Shown here: positions 18,276 through 31,972 of the stretch, piece by piece
Layout of the letters: every line of letters begins with the position of its first letter
Numbering within the stretch: position 1 is the first letter of the stretch
Origin: Eledone cirrhosa
Lineage: Eukaryota
Assembly: GCA_964016885.1 (NCBI GenBank)
Contig: OZ024741.1
Location: 119,350,001 to 119,414,000, forward strand
Length of the DNA: 64,000 bases
Direction of reading: 5' to 3'
Position numbers and translations under genes: made by a program
The notes under the pieces: generated by a model
Database searches by the model: none
Seen by the model: only the letters and a program-made list of their open reading frames with translations
Told to the model about the DNA's origin: nothing

Positions 18276-20794
18276 TGCAGTGTAATTATCTGCTTATAAA
18301 TTTTCGATATTTTCCTGATATGTGGAACACATTAGTTAGGCTACAGCTATGAATTCCAGACACTTTAGATATTGGTTCCAGTATTTCTTAGTTCGAGTTT
18401 TAATAATATCCCCCTCACCCCCTCTTCACCCTCTCTCCCTCACCCCCTCTCCACCCTCTCTCTGTTTCCCCCCTCCCTCCTCCTGGGTTTTGGTAGAATC
18501 CGTTCATTATCAATCATTTAATCATTTGTTGTGTAATTGTCATTGATTGTCTCTGACTGATAAAGCCAGAAAGTTTGCATTATGACTGAAAGAATATATA
18601 CATGATACATACGTACATGTATATATACATACGTACATGTATATATACATACATACAGTATGGCCTCCTTGTTCCCTAATCTCAGCTAACCCTTTCACAG
18701 CTATATTTATAAAGAAATACAGTCTATTTCAAATAATAGAGAATTTTGAAGGATTTACTGAAATTATTTATTTCATTACTTAGATAGTAACTTAACATAT
18801 GGTCCTTTTATGAAATTATGTTGGAAGATTTTAATTTAAATAGGAACCCCTTTAAGTTGGGTGGTTTTGTTTCATAAACCCCATGACAGTTTTGGCCAGG
18901 TTAGTCTCAAAATGTTTCTACAACTATGTTGCATGTGTGGTATGTTTCAATATGATTGGCGAATTGGTTGAGCATCAGATTAAGTGGGTTACTGTATTTG
19001 TTCTGGATGGGCAGCACTTGTAATTCAAAGGACCAGACGTGTGAGACATTGTGTCTTGCTGAGAATTACATTAAAATTATACGTCTGTGGAATGCTCAAC
19101 CACTTACAATATGATACAACATGCACTGTAGCAGTAGTCAAAAGTGCCAGCCATGTCACACATTGTGTCATGCTGAATCTGCCTGAGAATTACATTAATT
19201 TCTTGAGGAATCCTCATTGTTGAAACCAATGGAGGTCCATTACATGTCATTTGTCCCAGTCTTATTATGGCAATGGTTTGGCAGAATTATTAGATCTACG
19301 TAGAAAATACTTTAGTTAAAATCTACCAAAATTAACTTTGGCTTTCATCACCTTTCATCGTTCTGGGGTCTATAAAATCATGTTCCTGTCAAGTACTAGG
19401 GTCTATTTGACATTCCCCTTAGCCCAAAATTGCTGGCCTTGTGTGTAAATCAGAAACCATTATTATCATTAATAAAGGGTGGTGGATTGGCAGAATCAGT
19501 AGAGCATCGGTCACTATGCTTTGAAGCATAGAGTTACGGTCCTTTACAGTCTGAGTTCAAATCCTGCCGATGTTAACTTTGCCTTTCATCCAAATTACTG
19601 GCCTTGTGCCTATACTAGAAATCATTATTATTATTATTATTATTATTAATCTACTATTATTGTGGTGAATTCTATTGAGTAGTTGGCAAGACCTTGATGA
19701 TCCAAATCTGCACTTCAGCTTCAATTTGTGGCAGGAGCTATTTTTATGTCACATTGGTAAATTCCTTTGCAAAAGACACCAATATCATTTTCATTTTTTC
19801 GTTTTTTGTTTTGATTTCATTTGATTTCATAAAAATTTTAGCTTTTGTAGCAATGTACAAACATTATTATTATTACTACTGTATATTATTATTATCATTG
19901 TTGTTGTTAATTTAATTTCACTATGAAGTTATTATAAAGTCTCCTGCTACTGCCTTCTGCCAAGTTTTCCCTCCTTGATTTGTTTCAGTTTGTCTTCTAG
20001 CTTCTTTCTAACCAAACAGTGCAAATACACCATCTGTGCTCACATTTTCGTGCATGCTTTAATAAAGATATCATTTCTTTTCCTTAATTTTTGTTTTTGT
20101 TTTTTGTTGTTTTTTTTTTGTTTTTTTTTTTGTTATTTTTGATAAGTTTTTTAATTATCTTTTTTGCTGGATTTCCATTTTTCTTTCATTTTGTTCTGGC
20201 ATGCTTTGATTTAAATAATTTCAAACTGACTTTTTTTTATATTTTATTCTTTGGAATGAAATGTGACTAAATTCTTTGACTCTTTGAACAAAAAAAAATT
20301 AGAGGGGGTTAAAGGAATAATCAATAAGAGAAAGAAGTAGACAAAGAATGACATTATTGTTAAAATTATACCATATAGAATCTGGCAGTTGAACTGTTTA
20401 GGTCAGTTGTAGAAACTATCTTCAATACTGTTATCTTCTGCCATATATATCTTTTGAGATGGATTTGTGAGTTGTTATATCCATTATGCATAAAAACACT
20501 TATCAGTTATAGTTGCTAGTGATATTTGACTCTGTCTGATATGTGTGTACTCAATACACACACGCACGCACACACATTAATCTATTGTCATATCCATTAT
20601 ACATAAGAATAGATGGTTGTCCATTATGATTGCTCTTGATATTTTTGTTAGTTTGATTTTTTTTTTTTATGAAAATGCTTTGGAAATAATCTCGGTTGAA
20701 ACTTATTTTAAAAAGAATAAACAGAAATGGCATATATATATATATAATATAAAAGATCTGAGGCCATATTCAATAGATTCAGGTTTATTTAAAA

Positions 20795-20856
20795 TTCCAT
20801 TATACATATTTCGCTGAGGACTATCATTTATGATAGTCTGGGCTCTTCAGACGGAA
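20795..20856 (-). ncRNA. Solo type I hammerhead ribozyme motif in a short insert between TA tracts (probable PLE pLTR remnant)
   Basis: Minus strand reads TTCCGT-CTGAAGA-GCcca-GACTATCA(taaa)TGATAGTC-ctcaGC-GAAA-TATGTA-TA-ATGGAA. Stem I is 6 bp, both core boxes are intact and stem III is short and near-palindromic. Confidence 0.65.
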
Positions 20857-21251
20857 AAACCTATAAAAAGAATAAAATTCCTGAAAAAACATTTAAGCTT
20901 GGAAAAAATCCAATATATATATATGATATATTTGAAACAGAGGTGTTCACTGGTGGTTTGTATTCTTTAATAGCTCAGATCTTACAGTAAGTTATTATTG
21001 CTATTAGTTCTAGTACGTTCTTAACTTTTGTGGAGAACTTTGTCTTGTTAATTTTCTAGGGAACTTTCATTCGACGGCAGCGATTGTATTAAGGAATTTC
21101 CTTCATTACCCACTAATATATATATATATATATATATAATAATGTCAAGTTACAGTAGATTCTCCAAGATGATGGTGTGTGTGTAGCCGCGCATACACAT
21201 ACACATCATCATTATTGTCGTTAAGGCAAAGTTAACCTTGGCAGGATTTGA

Positions 21252-21358
21252 TCTGAGTTCAAATCCTGCCGAGGTTAACTTTGCCTTTCATCCTTACGGG
21301 ATCGATTAAATAAAGTATCAGATAATTGCTGGCCTTGTGCCAAAAGTAGAATCAATTA
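21252..21358 (+). mobile_element. Truncated SINE copy, immediately preceded by a short inverted SINE piece (21223-21251)
   Basis: Same core as the other copies; aaggcaaagttaaccttggcaggatttga is the reverse complement of the adjoining SINE segment. Confidence 0.8.
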
Positions 21359-23322
21359 TTGTCGTTATCGTACATCCATTTTCCACACTGACATGGTTTG
21401 GATAGATCATGGTCTAAGACTAGACAAGAGAGGAAACCATATTTAACTTTTGTGTTCCGTTTTGGGCATGGTTTCTGCAGCTGGATTCCCTCCTTAACAC
21501 CAACCACTTTACAGACTGTACTCAGTACACAAATACACACAGTATGTAAGGGTGTTTAGGAAGCAAATCCAACTGCAGAAACCATGCAAAAAAGGGAAAC
21601 TTACAAGCAAGATGGTTCTCTGGACTGTGGCAACCCATCCAACCCATGCCATCATAAAATGATTGTGATGATTAAAAGTTATCTATATTAAAAGCCAGAC
21701 TTGAGGCAAGAAGGACTAATTAATCTTAATGATATTTAATTAGGTTACATGAGAATGTAGTAGTACATACTCTAATTTGCGTAACATTCCATATTTAGGT
21801 ATCCAGATTAATGGTATGAGTCTAGTTAGAGATTACCTTCTAACGACAACACAACTAAAACAATTCAGTTCCATTAGGGCTTATTTTCCTTCATTAGTTT
21901 TTATATAACTTAAGAGGTATAGTAGTAATTTTTGTGATGTTCTTATCCTTTTGTTGATTTTTTAGCAGTTTAGAATAGAAATACCTTTTTTTTTATTTAT
22001 TCTCCTTGGTGAATTTATTTATCAATGATTGAGTTGTGTAAAAGACATGACAACCTCCCTAGTGCTGCTGCCAAGATAAAATGCACCAAGGGCATTCTGT
22101 AACATGCAGGGAAAATAAGAAAAACGAGTCAGTGTCCAGCTCCTCTGTGAGGCCAGTAGCTTTAAATAAATACTGACTTGGTCTGAAACAATCTGTCTAG
22201 CCCTTGCTAGAGGGGAAAACAGATGTTAAATGATGAGTTATCTGATGTTATCATAAATGATATTTATTTAGACTTGGGTCTGCGATTTCAAATGGTTAGT
22301 TGCTGTTTTTTTCCTGAACTTCTTGTTTGCTGTCCACCTCCTGGAATGTTCTGTTAAAGGTCTAACTCTCTCCTACTCTTTTGGGAGTCAAAAAAATTTC
22401 TGTTCACCTCTCCCAGAACCTTCTAGAATGTTCTGTTATAGGTTTTCTTGGCTCTTCCTCTCTTCTGTGTACCCTCTAGTGGGAGTCAGACAAATTATTT
22501 TCCTCTGCCCACAGAACCTTATGGAATGTTATGTTACAGGTCTTCTTGGAGCTTCCTCTCTTTCATTTTATGCTCTGGTGGGGGTTCATACAAATATTCA
22601 CTGTTTGATGGTTTCTGAGAGGAGCTGAATAATTTATAGTGTGTAGTATATGAATAAAAGAATTTATTTCACTATTTCTCTGTTTTGGTTTATTTCTAAC
22701 CATCTCTTGCAGTAAATATACTGTAGAAGCTAGCTTTTATTTCATTTTTCTCTTCTCTTGTCTCGAGACAATTTAAATTCAGATATCTTCATAAAAATCT
22801 CATCAAATGTTGTTTTTATAAAAACATTGGTCAATGTGTGTAGTTCAATAATAATTCCTACTTTTTTCTGATTTGTAGTAGATGTTGATTGGGGACAGGT
22901 ATATTTTTCAAGCATACAACAACATTCAAAACTACGATACTTATTCTTTATAGCTGTCTAGCTGATCTGCTTTCTCTGCGCTAAAGTTACTTTTATTCTT
23001 TTTTTTTTTTCTCTTTTTTTTTATGAAATATTCCCAAATTATTTTGTCAAATCAAATATAAAGTTAATATTATTTCTACTAGTCTTTTTTTAACCATCAA
23101 AAATGGCAAAAAAACAACTTCTGTCTTGCTATGTCCAAAACTTTGCTGCCAGCATCAAAAATTCCATCTTTTCTGAGTTGCTTATGTTAACAAACCTATC
23201 CACTTTAATTTTTCCTTCTTCTTTCTTATATTTAAAAAAAAAACAAAAAAACTTCTATTTTCATTCTGTGCATCCCGTGTTTTTTCATCTTCTCTGCTGA
23301 TATGTATCTCTCCCACATGCAG

Positions 23323-23451
23323 TCTTTGTTGGATTTGCTCGACATACAGGAGGCAATCAGAGACTTAGAAAACTGCACTGCTGCACTACACAGCGACTAC
23401 GATGATGATACCGATTCAGACTCGGTTACAAGTCAAAAGGGTTCTAACCAG
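23323..23451 (+). CDS. MTSS1: MTSS1-like candidate exon B (SLLDLLDIQEAIRDLENCTAALHSDYDDDTDSDSVTSQKGSNQ); 129 nt, phase 0-0, predicted GC donor
   Basis: Pyrimidine-rich acceptor ending catgcag; CAG|gcaaga fits the GC-AG donor consensus; peptide is similar to the start of exon C. The 3' boundary is inferred. Confidence 0.65.
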
Positions 23452-24466
23452 GCAAGACTGATCACCTCCATACTTAACAATCTCCTCCTCCTCCTTTTCC
23501 TCCTCTTCCATGTTGTTTAATAATTTAGTCATGTTAGCCTATATACTCACATAGCGCTCAGCTAACAACACCTCGCAGCTGTTGCACCAACGTCTTGCTT
23601 TAAGCACCTGGGTCACCATAAATATTGCTTTTTTCATTTGTATATTTTATTCTGCTTGCTAATTCTTTTGCTATTGACACAAAAATTGAAGCCACTCTTT
23701 CTTGGGAAAATGTTTCTTAAATGTCTAACTAAACATTTATTCTCTCCAATTGTAGGTGTGACTCGGGTTTCATCTGACAGTGCCAAATTAGGCCAGACTT
23801 GATTATCATATTTAACGCTCTCATTACCATATTTTCTAATGAAACACCTATGGTTTTCAAATAATTTTTAAAATAATCAAGTATTTGAAGGGATTTAGTA
23901 ATATAACTCACATTTTTGTTATTAAACTAGTATTTCAAACATAAAGAAAGGTTCTGTGCAGGTAATCAAAGTGTATATACTTTTTTTGAGACACCTTGTG
24001 TGTGTGTGTATGTGTGTATAAAGATTGCCAGTAGGTCAGATATAATTTACATAGTTGATAATTTGATATGATATTCAATAGGATTCTTACCTTTAAAAAT
24101 TAAGATTTTGAAGTAGTAACTTTTATTTCAAAATAAAAAGTACCATGTAGTCCTGATAACATAATCTGCAGTCTGCTCCTGTTTGACCCTCTCTACTCCT
24201 GATCAGAATTTAGCAAAGTAGTTGATTTTTCTTCAAAACCAATGAAACATATGAGCAAGACAGTCATAGGACTTGTCTGACTTTAGAACATAACAATCCA
24301 TCTAACCCATGCAAGCATGGAAAATAGACATATTTATAATGAGGATGAAGTACTCCGGTGAAAGAAAATGGATAAGAGATATTTTCCAAAACACTATAGC
24401 AAAAAATTCTTATAAAAATAATAAGAATATTTGAAAAGAATATCTGTTCAATATTATCCCCTTTTA

Positions 24467-24689
24467 TTAATTCTTAACATCCTGTAATAATTTAGCAGAA
24501 AATATCTAAAAATGGGTTTCTTAACTCAAATGTTAGTAGTATCTTTACTGGTGGACAAGTTGTGAAAATTTGTAATATTAGAGTAAGAACTTAAATGTTT
24601 AATATGAGGCAGTCTTAGATCTGTTATTCACTTTTTCAAGAATGTCTTTGCTAGTGCAGTTTCACGTGGTACAGGATGTTAAGAGTTAA
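24467..24689. mobile_element. TTAA-flanked MITE, family B (TIR CTCTTAACATCCTGTA)
   Basis: ttaattcttaacatcctgta...tacaggatgttaagagttaa. Related copies lie near 15865, 25957, 30917, 40201 and 50613. Confidence 0.78.
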
Positions 24690-24842
24690 TGAAGTATTAT
24701 TGTAAGGTGCCAAAAGAAAGTGTGGCTCTAATTTATGTTATGCTCACCAGAACACATTGGTCACTTGTTGCATGATAACATCTTTCTATGTGGAGTGTCA
24801 ATATAGTTCTTATGGATTGGCTTCAACACTCGAGTAAACAAG

Positions 24843-24933
<91 letters not shown>

Positions 24934-25365
24934 CTCATCCATCACTTAGTCATCACAAAAGGCATACTGGATTCAATGTCTAGTTGTTTTCAATTTCCTC
25001 TTTTTTGTTAAAGCTGATATCTGGAACATCGCTTGATAGTTAAAATTGTAATTGAAGGTTTTAATTTAAATATGGACAGTTTAAATGAAAAGTTTTGTCT
25101 TGGAATCAGGAACAATGTTATGACTGTTGGTATCAAAAGGATTGTCTTTTGTTTTTAAAGAAATTCTAATTGTCACATTTGATATAGAAACTACCAAGTT
25201 TCACTGAAACCAGCAGCTAGTCATCGAAGATACTTTAAATAAAGACTCTAATACATGTTTGGTGTGACCTCATCAGTAAATGTTATTTATTATACATATG
25301 AATCTAGAACCCAACACTAACATCTACACACACATTTTTGTGTGTCCATGGACGAATAATCATTT

Positions 25366-25580
25366 TTAACCTTTTAGCATTTAAACCAACTGTATCTGGC
25401 CAGAATTCTCTCGCCTCTTTCAGTTCAAACCGGCCATAACTGGCCACTCATACTGATGTTAAGGTATTATTCTCAAAATAAATAATATCAAAATCTCATA
25501 GATTCGATATTCTGTGAGATAAAGCTTTTACCATGAAATATAATAGTAAATATAAAGTAATGTAAATGCTAAAGGGTTAA
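25366..25580. mobile_element. piggyBac-type MITE, family A
   Basis: TTAA-ccttttagcattta...taaatgctaaaggg-TTAA. Confidence 0.82.
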
Positions 25581-26765
25581 ATAGGAACAGTTAGTCACTT
25601 AAAGAGTGGGTGTAGTTGTTATAATACATACTTGCAGAAGAAACCAACTTGTATTATATAGTGTTTTTCGTTAGGGCAAAGATTTCTTTTTCTCATCTGC
25701 TCAATGCTACATCACAATATCTGGAATGCAATATCAACCAGTCAAGATTTTGTATCTTGTGAGATTAATTTCAACTGTGTACTTTATATGAAGCATCAAC
25801 AACACACAAGAAGAAACATTTTAAGGTTATTTCCTTGTTTAATCAGGGTTTAGCCATGCAGGCTCCATGACCAGCTTCATATTCATCATGAGATCCTTTC
25901 TGAGGCAATGTTTTTTGATCAGATGCCCTTCCTAAAACAAACTTTTAGTTGCCTCTTTAACTCTGAATCCTATAATGATTTAGCAGAAAATATCTAAAAA
26001 CAGATTTGTTAATTCAAATGTTTATAGTATCTTTACTAGTGGGCATTTTTTGTGAACGTGTGCAGTGTTAGAATAATGACTAATATTTAATGTGATGTAG
26101 TCATAGCAATGTTTTATACTTTTCAACAATGTCTTGCTAATATGGGTTCATATAGTGAAGGCTAAGGGTGTTCAGACATGCAGGGATATAGTATACTTAT
26201 TTTATACCAGATAAACAGCAATTGAATGCACATGAAGCACCATTACATTCATATAACTCATTCAACCATCAACCCTTTCTCATCTATTTTTCAGCAAATT
26301 CCCTATTATTATTATCTCCTATTGAGAGTATCCCATGTAAAGCTAGAAAGCACGGTACTCTTAGTAATTGCATGATGGTTATTATTATTATTGTTATTAA
26401 TATTTATTCTTCTTCCAAACTGATGTCTGCCACATCACTTGCAAAGGAAACCTTTACTTTGGTAGATATGCATGTATTACACTGAAATTGCATTTTAAAT
26501 CAAAACTGCTTTGGATTGACTGTATTAACATTTCACAAGTCATTTCGTCTCTACCTGCTATCTCACCAAATGGATCTTGTAATGATTTTTTTTTCTTGTT
26601 TTAAATTCCATTTCTAAGATATTTCAGATAAATTGAATTTCCATTTTTTTTTTTCTTTTTTTTTTAGTTTTTGGTATTCTGCACTGGGGTCGATTTAACC
26701 AACTTTCCCCTCCCCTTCAAATTGCTGGCCTTGCGCCTAAAGTAGAAACAATTATTATTATTATA

Positions 26766-26975
26766 TTGGCTGTATCGGTAGAGAGTCGGGCCGCATGCTT
26801 TGCAGCATAGAGTTACGGCCCTTTATGATCCGAGTTCAAATCCCACCGAGGTTAATTTTGCCTTTCATCCTTACGGTGTCGATAAAATAAAGTATCAGTC
26901 ACACTGGGGTCGATTTAATCGACTTTCCCCTCTCCCAAAATTGCAAGCCTTGTGCCTATATAAGAAACCATTATT
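26766..26975 (+). mobile_element. tRNA-related SINE
   Basis: A-box-like tggctgtatcggtagag and B-box-like gagttcaaatcc, plus the shared core. Confidence 0.82.
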
Positions 26976-28739
26976 CCATAAAATACCAGTTGTAAAGAAA
27001 ATCATCACAAAGACAGAGATAAACCCTTTCATTTCAATATTTCTCATGAAAGACACTACCTATGATTTTCAAGTAATCAAGAATTTGGAGGGATTTAGTA
27101 ATATAACTTTCTCTGTATAAAACTGTCGTTTGAAACAGCTTAACTTAAAAGTTCTTGCATAAAAGTATGATGGAAGACTTTTTGATAAATGTAAACACTT
27201 TAAAACTAACAGTTTGTATTGTAGAACTAGTCAGTTCCAGGCAGTTTGATGTCAAAAGTGTTAAAAGAATGGCATGGTTTCACATAATTTTATTGATTTG
27301 AGAAAAATATTCATAGATGTAGATCATTTTAATAAATTATATTCAAGCATTCTAATATATTCAGAACGCCTTTCATTATATTAAAAACATGGACAAATGC
27401 AAGCTGCAGCTTGCTATATATATAATAAATAGTAAAGGGAAGTAACTCTTCAAACAAAATGTTTAGGTAGTTCAGTTTGTTTCCTGTCCTCCCAAGATCC
27501 ATTGGTATTCAAAATACATTTTTTTTTTATTTTATATATATTTTTTTTTCCCCCACTAGTGGTTACTTTTGCACCAGCAAACATTTTTTAAAATTATATA
27601 TATTCTATATACAATGATTAATTCTCAGTATAATATCTAATATAACCCAGCAACTTCAATCTGAAATTATTTTAACAAAGAAAAAGTAAATATATTTTTA
27701 GATGTAGCATAATTGTTTTTAATGAAGTTATTTTTTACTTTACACACACGCATACACATATATAGTGGGGGATAGATTTTGAAAAAAGTATTATACATGA
27801 AAAAAAAAAAGGTTGCTGCTGAGAGTTAATCATTGTTTTTTTAGGGTGTTTTGGGATGTAGTTTTGGTTTGCATGAAATCACCTCTACTACATTGCATGT
27901 ATCTTTTTTTTTAATCTTTTTTTGTTTTTAATATATCAAGTCCTTACAAGAAAAAGAAAACTGTGCATTTTGAGGTCTTGTCATTCTCTTCAATTCGAAG
28001 CACTTTGTTTCATTAACTTTAATGATGATGATGATGCATTTATGTTGTCGTTGTTGTTGTTGTATGAACTAAAATAGAACTAATAATTTATTTTTTCGGA
28101 GGTGAAAGGTGGTTACATCAAGACAATTTCAATGTGCTCAGTAAAATAGAAATGCAAAACCCATTATTAAAAACCAAAGCATGTCTCTATTATTTCTGTG
28201 TGATTAATTTAGTTAATTAGTCTGTAATATAGTTAACCTTGCTGAACTGGAAATAAAAAAAAAAGCATTTTTGTAATATTTAGAAAATATAAAATGAATG
28301 TAGTAGTTTAGTATATTGCATGAATTTGAATTAAACCTTGTTAATTCACAAATTTATTGTCTCCAATTAAGGTTAAATATTTTTTTTATTTGTTTCCATT
28401 AAATCAAGAGTTTTAAAAATGTCAAAATTCTGGAATGTTAAGATGTTCATATATCTAAGGAAAACTGAATTGTGTATAATATAGACCAGATAAAACTCTT
28501 TAGTTTTGTTATTGACATGACAATCTCTCTTAGTGCTGATGCCACAATGAAATGAACTCAGTAAACTTTGTAAAATGGTTGATGTTAGGAAGAGCATATA
28601 GCTGTAGAAACCATGCAAAAACAATCACAGGAAAAATGTAGCAACCTTTCTAGTACAGATGTCACAATAAAATGCACTCAGTACACTCTGTAAAATGGTT
28701 GGCATCAGGAAAGGCATCCAGCTGTAAAATGCATACAAA

Positions 28740-28928
28740 TAATTGTTTCTACGTTTGGCACAAGGCCAGCAATTACCCAGTGCATACTGGTACTTTATTT
28801 TATCGACCCCGTAAGGATGAAAGGCAAAGTTAACCTCGGAGGAATTTGAACTCAGAATGGCAAGGGTCGTAACTCTATACGTCAAATATGGCGTCCGACC
28901 CTCTACCAATACTGCCAATCCACCGCCC
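28740..28928 (-). mobile_element. Near full-length tRNA-related SINE
   Basis: Reverse complement matches the copy at 48630. Confidence 0.85.
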
Positions 28929-29930
28929 TTCATACAAATGCATACAAATAATGGAATATAATGAGCTAGGTGTCATCTCCTAATCGGTCTAGGAGGGAAG
29001 TAGCTCCAATTAAGTACCGTGCTTGCCTGTAACAATTCATCCAACCTATGCCAGCATAGAAAAGTAGGCATTAAATGAGGATGTACATTTTTATGTTCAA
29101 ATCTTTCACTTTCTCAATATTGTTCTTCTTTGAATGATTGCCAAGATCCCAGACCTCATTCGATTACTGAATGGGGTGGAACTCATCAAATTAGACCAAG
29201 GAAACAATGTTTCCATTGGTCTTTCCATTGTTATTATCTACCAGCAACTCCTGGCAAAAAGAGTAACATGAAATAAAGTGCCTTGCTCAAGGACATAACA
29301 CATCACCTGGTCCAGGAATCAAACTTGCCACCTCATGATTGTGAAACCAATACCCTAACCACTAAACCTATACCTTCACTATTGTAACATATTTTATATA
29401 AGCCCAAAACAGATTGTATGAGCAAGATGTGGTCAACAAACCTGTCTGACCTCATAACATGAAAGCCTGTCTAACTTGTGGAAACGTGAAAAATTAATTT
29501 TAAATGGTGATGCTACCTGGGCATTATGAACATTTTTAATGTTACGGGGTAATTCTTGGGGGTTGGCAAACTCTCCTAAAATTGGAAACATGCAACAAAG
29601 TAGACTCCCACAAAAGACACCCAAGTTCTGGGTAGTAGTGTTAAACCAGGTGATGGATTAAGTCTAACTATTGTATAAATTTCAACAATGCTATTCGTGA
29701 TCATGATCATCATTATTATTTAATGTCAATTTTCCTTGCTAGCAACGGTAGGATGGGGTCGTCACAGACCAATTCGGTATTTAATTGGAGCTACTGACTT
29801 TTCAAAACAGCCAGAAGTTCATTTTATCATGGCATAGGCACTAAAGAAATCATCATGTCTCTAACACAACTGAAGACTGCTTAAAAATTATTTTAAATAT
29901 GATCCATATTTAGAAAAATTTAGCAGATAT

Positions 29931-30112
29931 GTATTTATTGAAAATTTAGAAGCTTCAGCATATTTTCTTGACTATGAAAAGTCCCTAAATGGAAAAAAGT
30001 TGACAACGTCACCTGTGGGACATTGTCAACTTTTTTCTATACATGTTCAATTTGTTTGACTATATTTCGTAGTAAAAAAAATACATTGAAGCTTCTAAAT
30101 TTTCAATGAATA
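29931..30112. repeat. Degenerate fold-back element (MITE-like) with a nested inner hairpin
   Basis: Outer arms attgaaaatttagaagcttca / tgaagcttctaaattttcaat; inner arms gaaaaaagttgacaa / ttgtcaacttttttc. Confidence 0.75.
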
Positions 30113-30916
30113 TTTTAAATATGATTGTATGTACATGTGTGTATGTGTAATATATTTTTTATCTGATACATTTTCCTTATCACCACATTGTCTACATTGT
30201 TTACATGAATTTTATTTTGTCTATAGTAACTGATGAGTCTGATTCTGTTGTGGAAGTAATGGCCACATGTAAGGTACTAGCAGTTTGTGGCTTCATTTGT
30301 GGTGTTGACTGACTGGACCTTGTGGAGCTCATGTTTGGTTTCCTTTGCCTGACATGACACCCTCCCAAGTGTGGGTGATCTACTCAATAAAAGCACCCAC
30401 TACATGCTGTAAAGTGGTTTGTGATGGGGAAGGCATCCAACCATAGAAAGCTTGCCAAACAAAAGGTTGGAAGGACCTTTAAGTTGTGTGAAAGACATGA
30501 CCTCTCTTGTGTTGGTGCACTCAGTAGAATGTGAGACCATACGTAAGCGAGATGCAGCATCCAATCCTTGCTAGCAGGGAAAGCAGATGTTAAATGATGA
30601 TGATGATGACTGTGTTTCTTGTAAGGATTTTGCACTTCTGTTGGTGAGGATGTGCTATAGGGCCCTGTTCAGAACAAACGGTTCCCAGGATTTTGTGTCA
30701 ATGCTCATAGCTTTGTGGAGCTCACATTTGCTTTCCATTGCCTGTAGGTGTCTTTTGCACCTTTGATGAAAGTACATTTCAGTTTTGTGAGTAGATGTAA
30801 TGTTTCCATTCATAACCATGCAATTAATGGTCCCAAATATAAATATATATTTTTCTATTTTTCTACAGCATGAAGTTTTACCTTCAAAATTTAGTTAAAA
30901 ATTGAAACATGTTAGT

Positions 30917-31116
30917 TTAACTCTTAACATCCTGTAATAATTTAGCAGAAAATATCTAAAAATTGGTTTGTCAATTCAAATGTTTATGGTATTTTTGCTA
31001 GTGGACAGATATTTGAAAATTTGCAGTAAACTAAACACATTAATTTTTAATATGATGCAGTCATAGTTCTGTTTTGTACTTTCAAGAATGCAGTGTTTCA
31101 GGGTATTAAGAGTTAA
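30917..31116. mobile_element. TTAA-flanked MITE, family B
   Basis: TTAA-ctcttaacatcc...ggtattaagag-TTAA; body similar to the copy at 24467. Confidence 0.78.
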
Positions 31117-31587
31117 ATAAAATTATTTAACAGTAAATTTTGAAAAAAAAATGTTTCTAATTTTCAACATGATACTTAAATTATACTTTACAGACTAAAT
31201 CTTTAATTATTGTTCAAATTATTATTATTATTGTTGCTCTGATGTGACCTGGAGGGGGTTGTTTGTGTTCTTGTAAAGCATGTCTTCAAGTATTTTATTA
31301 ACATACAATAAAATGGCAGCTATTGGTATGTAGCTTGTTAAAAAAATGTTTTTTGTTTTTTTTCAGAAATTGTGTGTCTGTGTCTGTGTCCATGTGTATG
31401 ATCATGTGGGTGTAAGTATGTGTGTGTGTGTGTATATATGTGAATATATATACATATATTATGTGTATATGGGAATTTATATATTTATATGTGTATGTAT
31501 GTAAAAGGTAAACAGAAATAGCAAAACAAATGGTACAGTATATGGAAGGAATATATTAGTTTAATGCTTGAAATAGCAAGAAGAGTG

Positions 31588-31623
31588 CCTTAACGCTTCG
31601 GACACTAGTCCTTCATCAGAAGA
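31588..31623 (-). ncRNA. Minimal hammerhead-like motif with a variant core (GAAG instead of GAAA)
   Basis: Minus strand reads TCTT-CTGATGA-A-GGAC(tagt)GTCC-GAAG-CG-TT-AAGG, within a short insert between TA/TG tracts. Confidence 0.55.
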
Positions 31624-31782
31624 AAGAATGAGAAATATATATATATAACGTGTGTGTATATATATATTTGTGCCTAAAGTAGAAACAAATATATATATAT
31701 ATGTGTGCGTATGTATGTTTAATATACCAGTGATTGTTTCAATTTTTTAATATCACCTTATATATATATCTGTTTGGTCCAG

Positions 31783-31972
31783 GCCCAGCAAAACAGTCTT
31801 GAATTAGCCATTAAAGAATTAGAAGCCACCACTGCTGCTCTCACCTCTCACTATGAAGAACCTACAACCAATGCTGTCACAACAACAAGCCGTACATCTC
31901 TGCAATGTTCTAGTGGATATGGAACAATGAATTCTACCCCAGCAGGTTCTGAGGATACTATAGCATCCGGAG
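31783..31972 (+). CDS. MTSS1: MTSS1-like exon C (AQQNSLELAIKELEATTAALTSHYEE...SRTSLQCSSGYGTMNSTPAGSEDTIASG)
   Basis: SR.SLQCSSGY.T...TP..SEDTI.S is the conserved MTSS1/MTSS2 motif. Acceptor tccag, donor G|gtaaga, phase 0 to 1. Confidence 0.9.
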
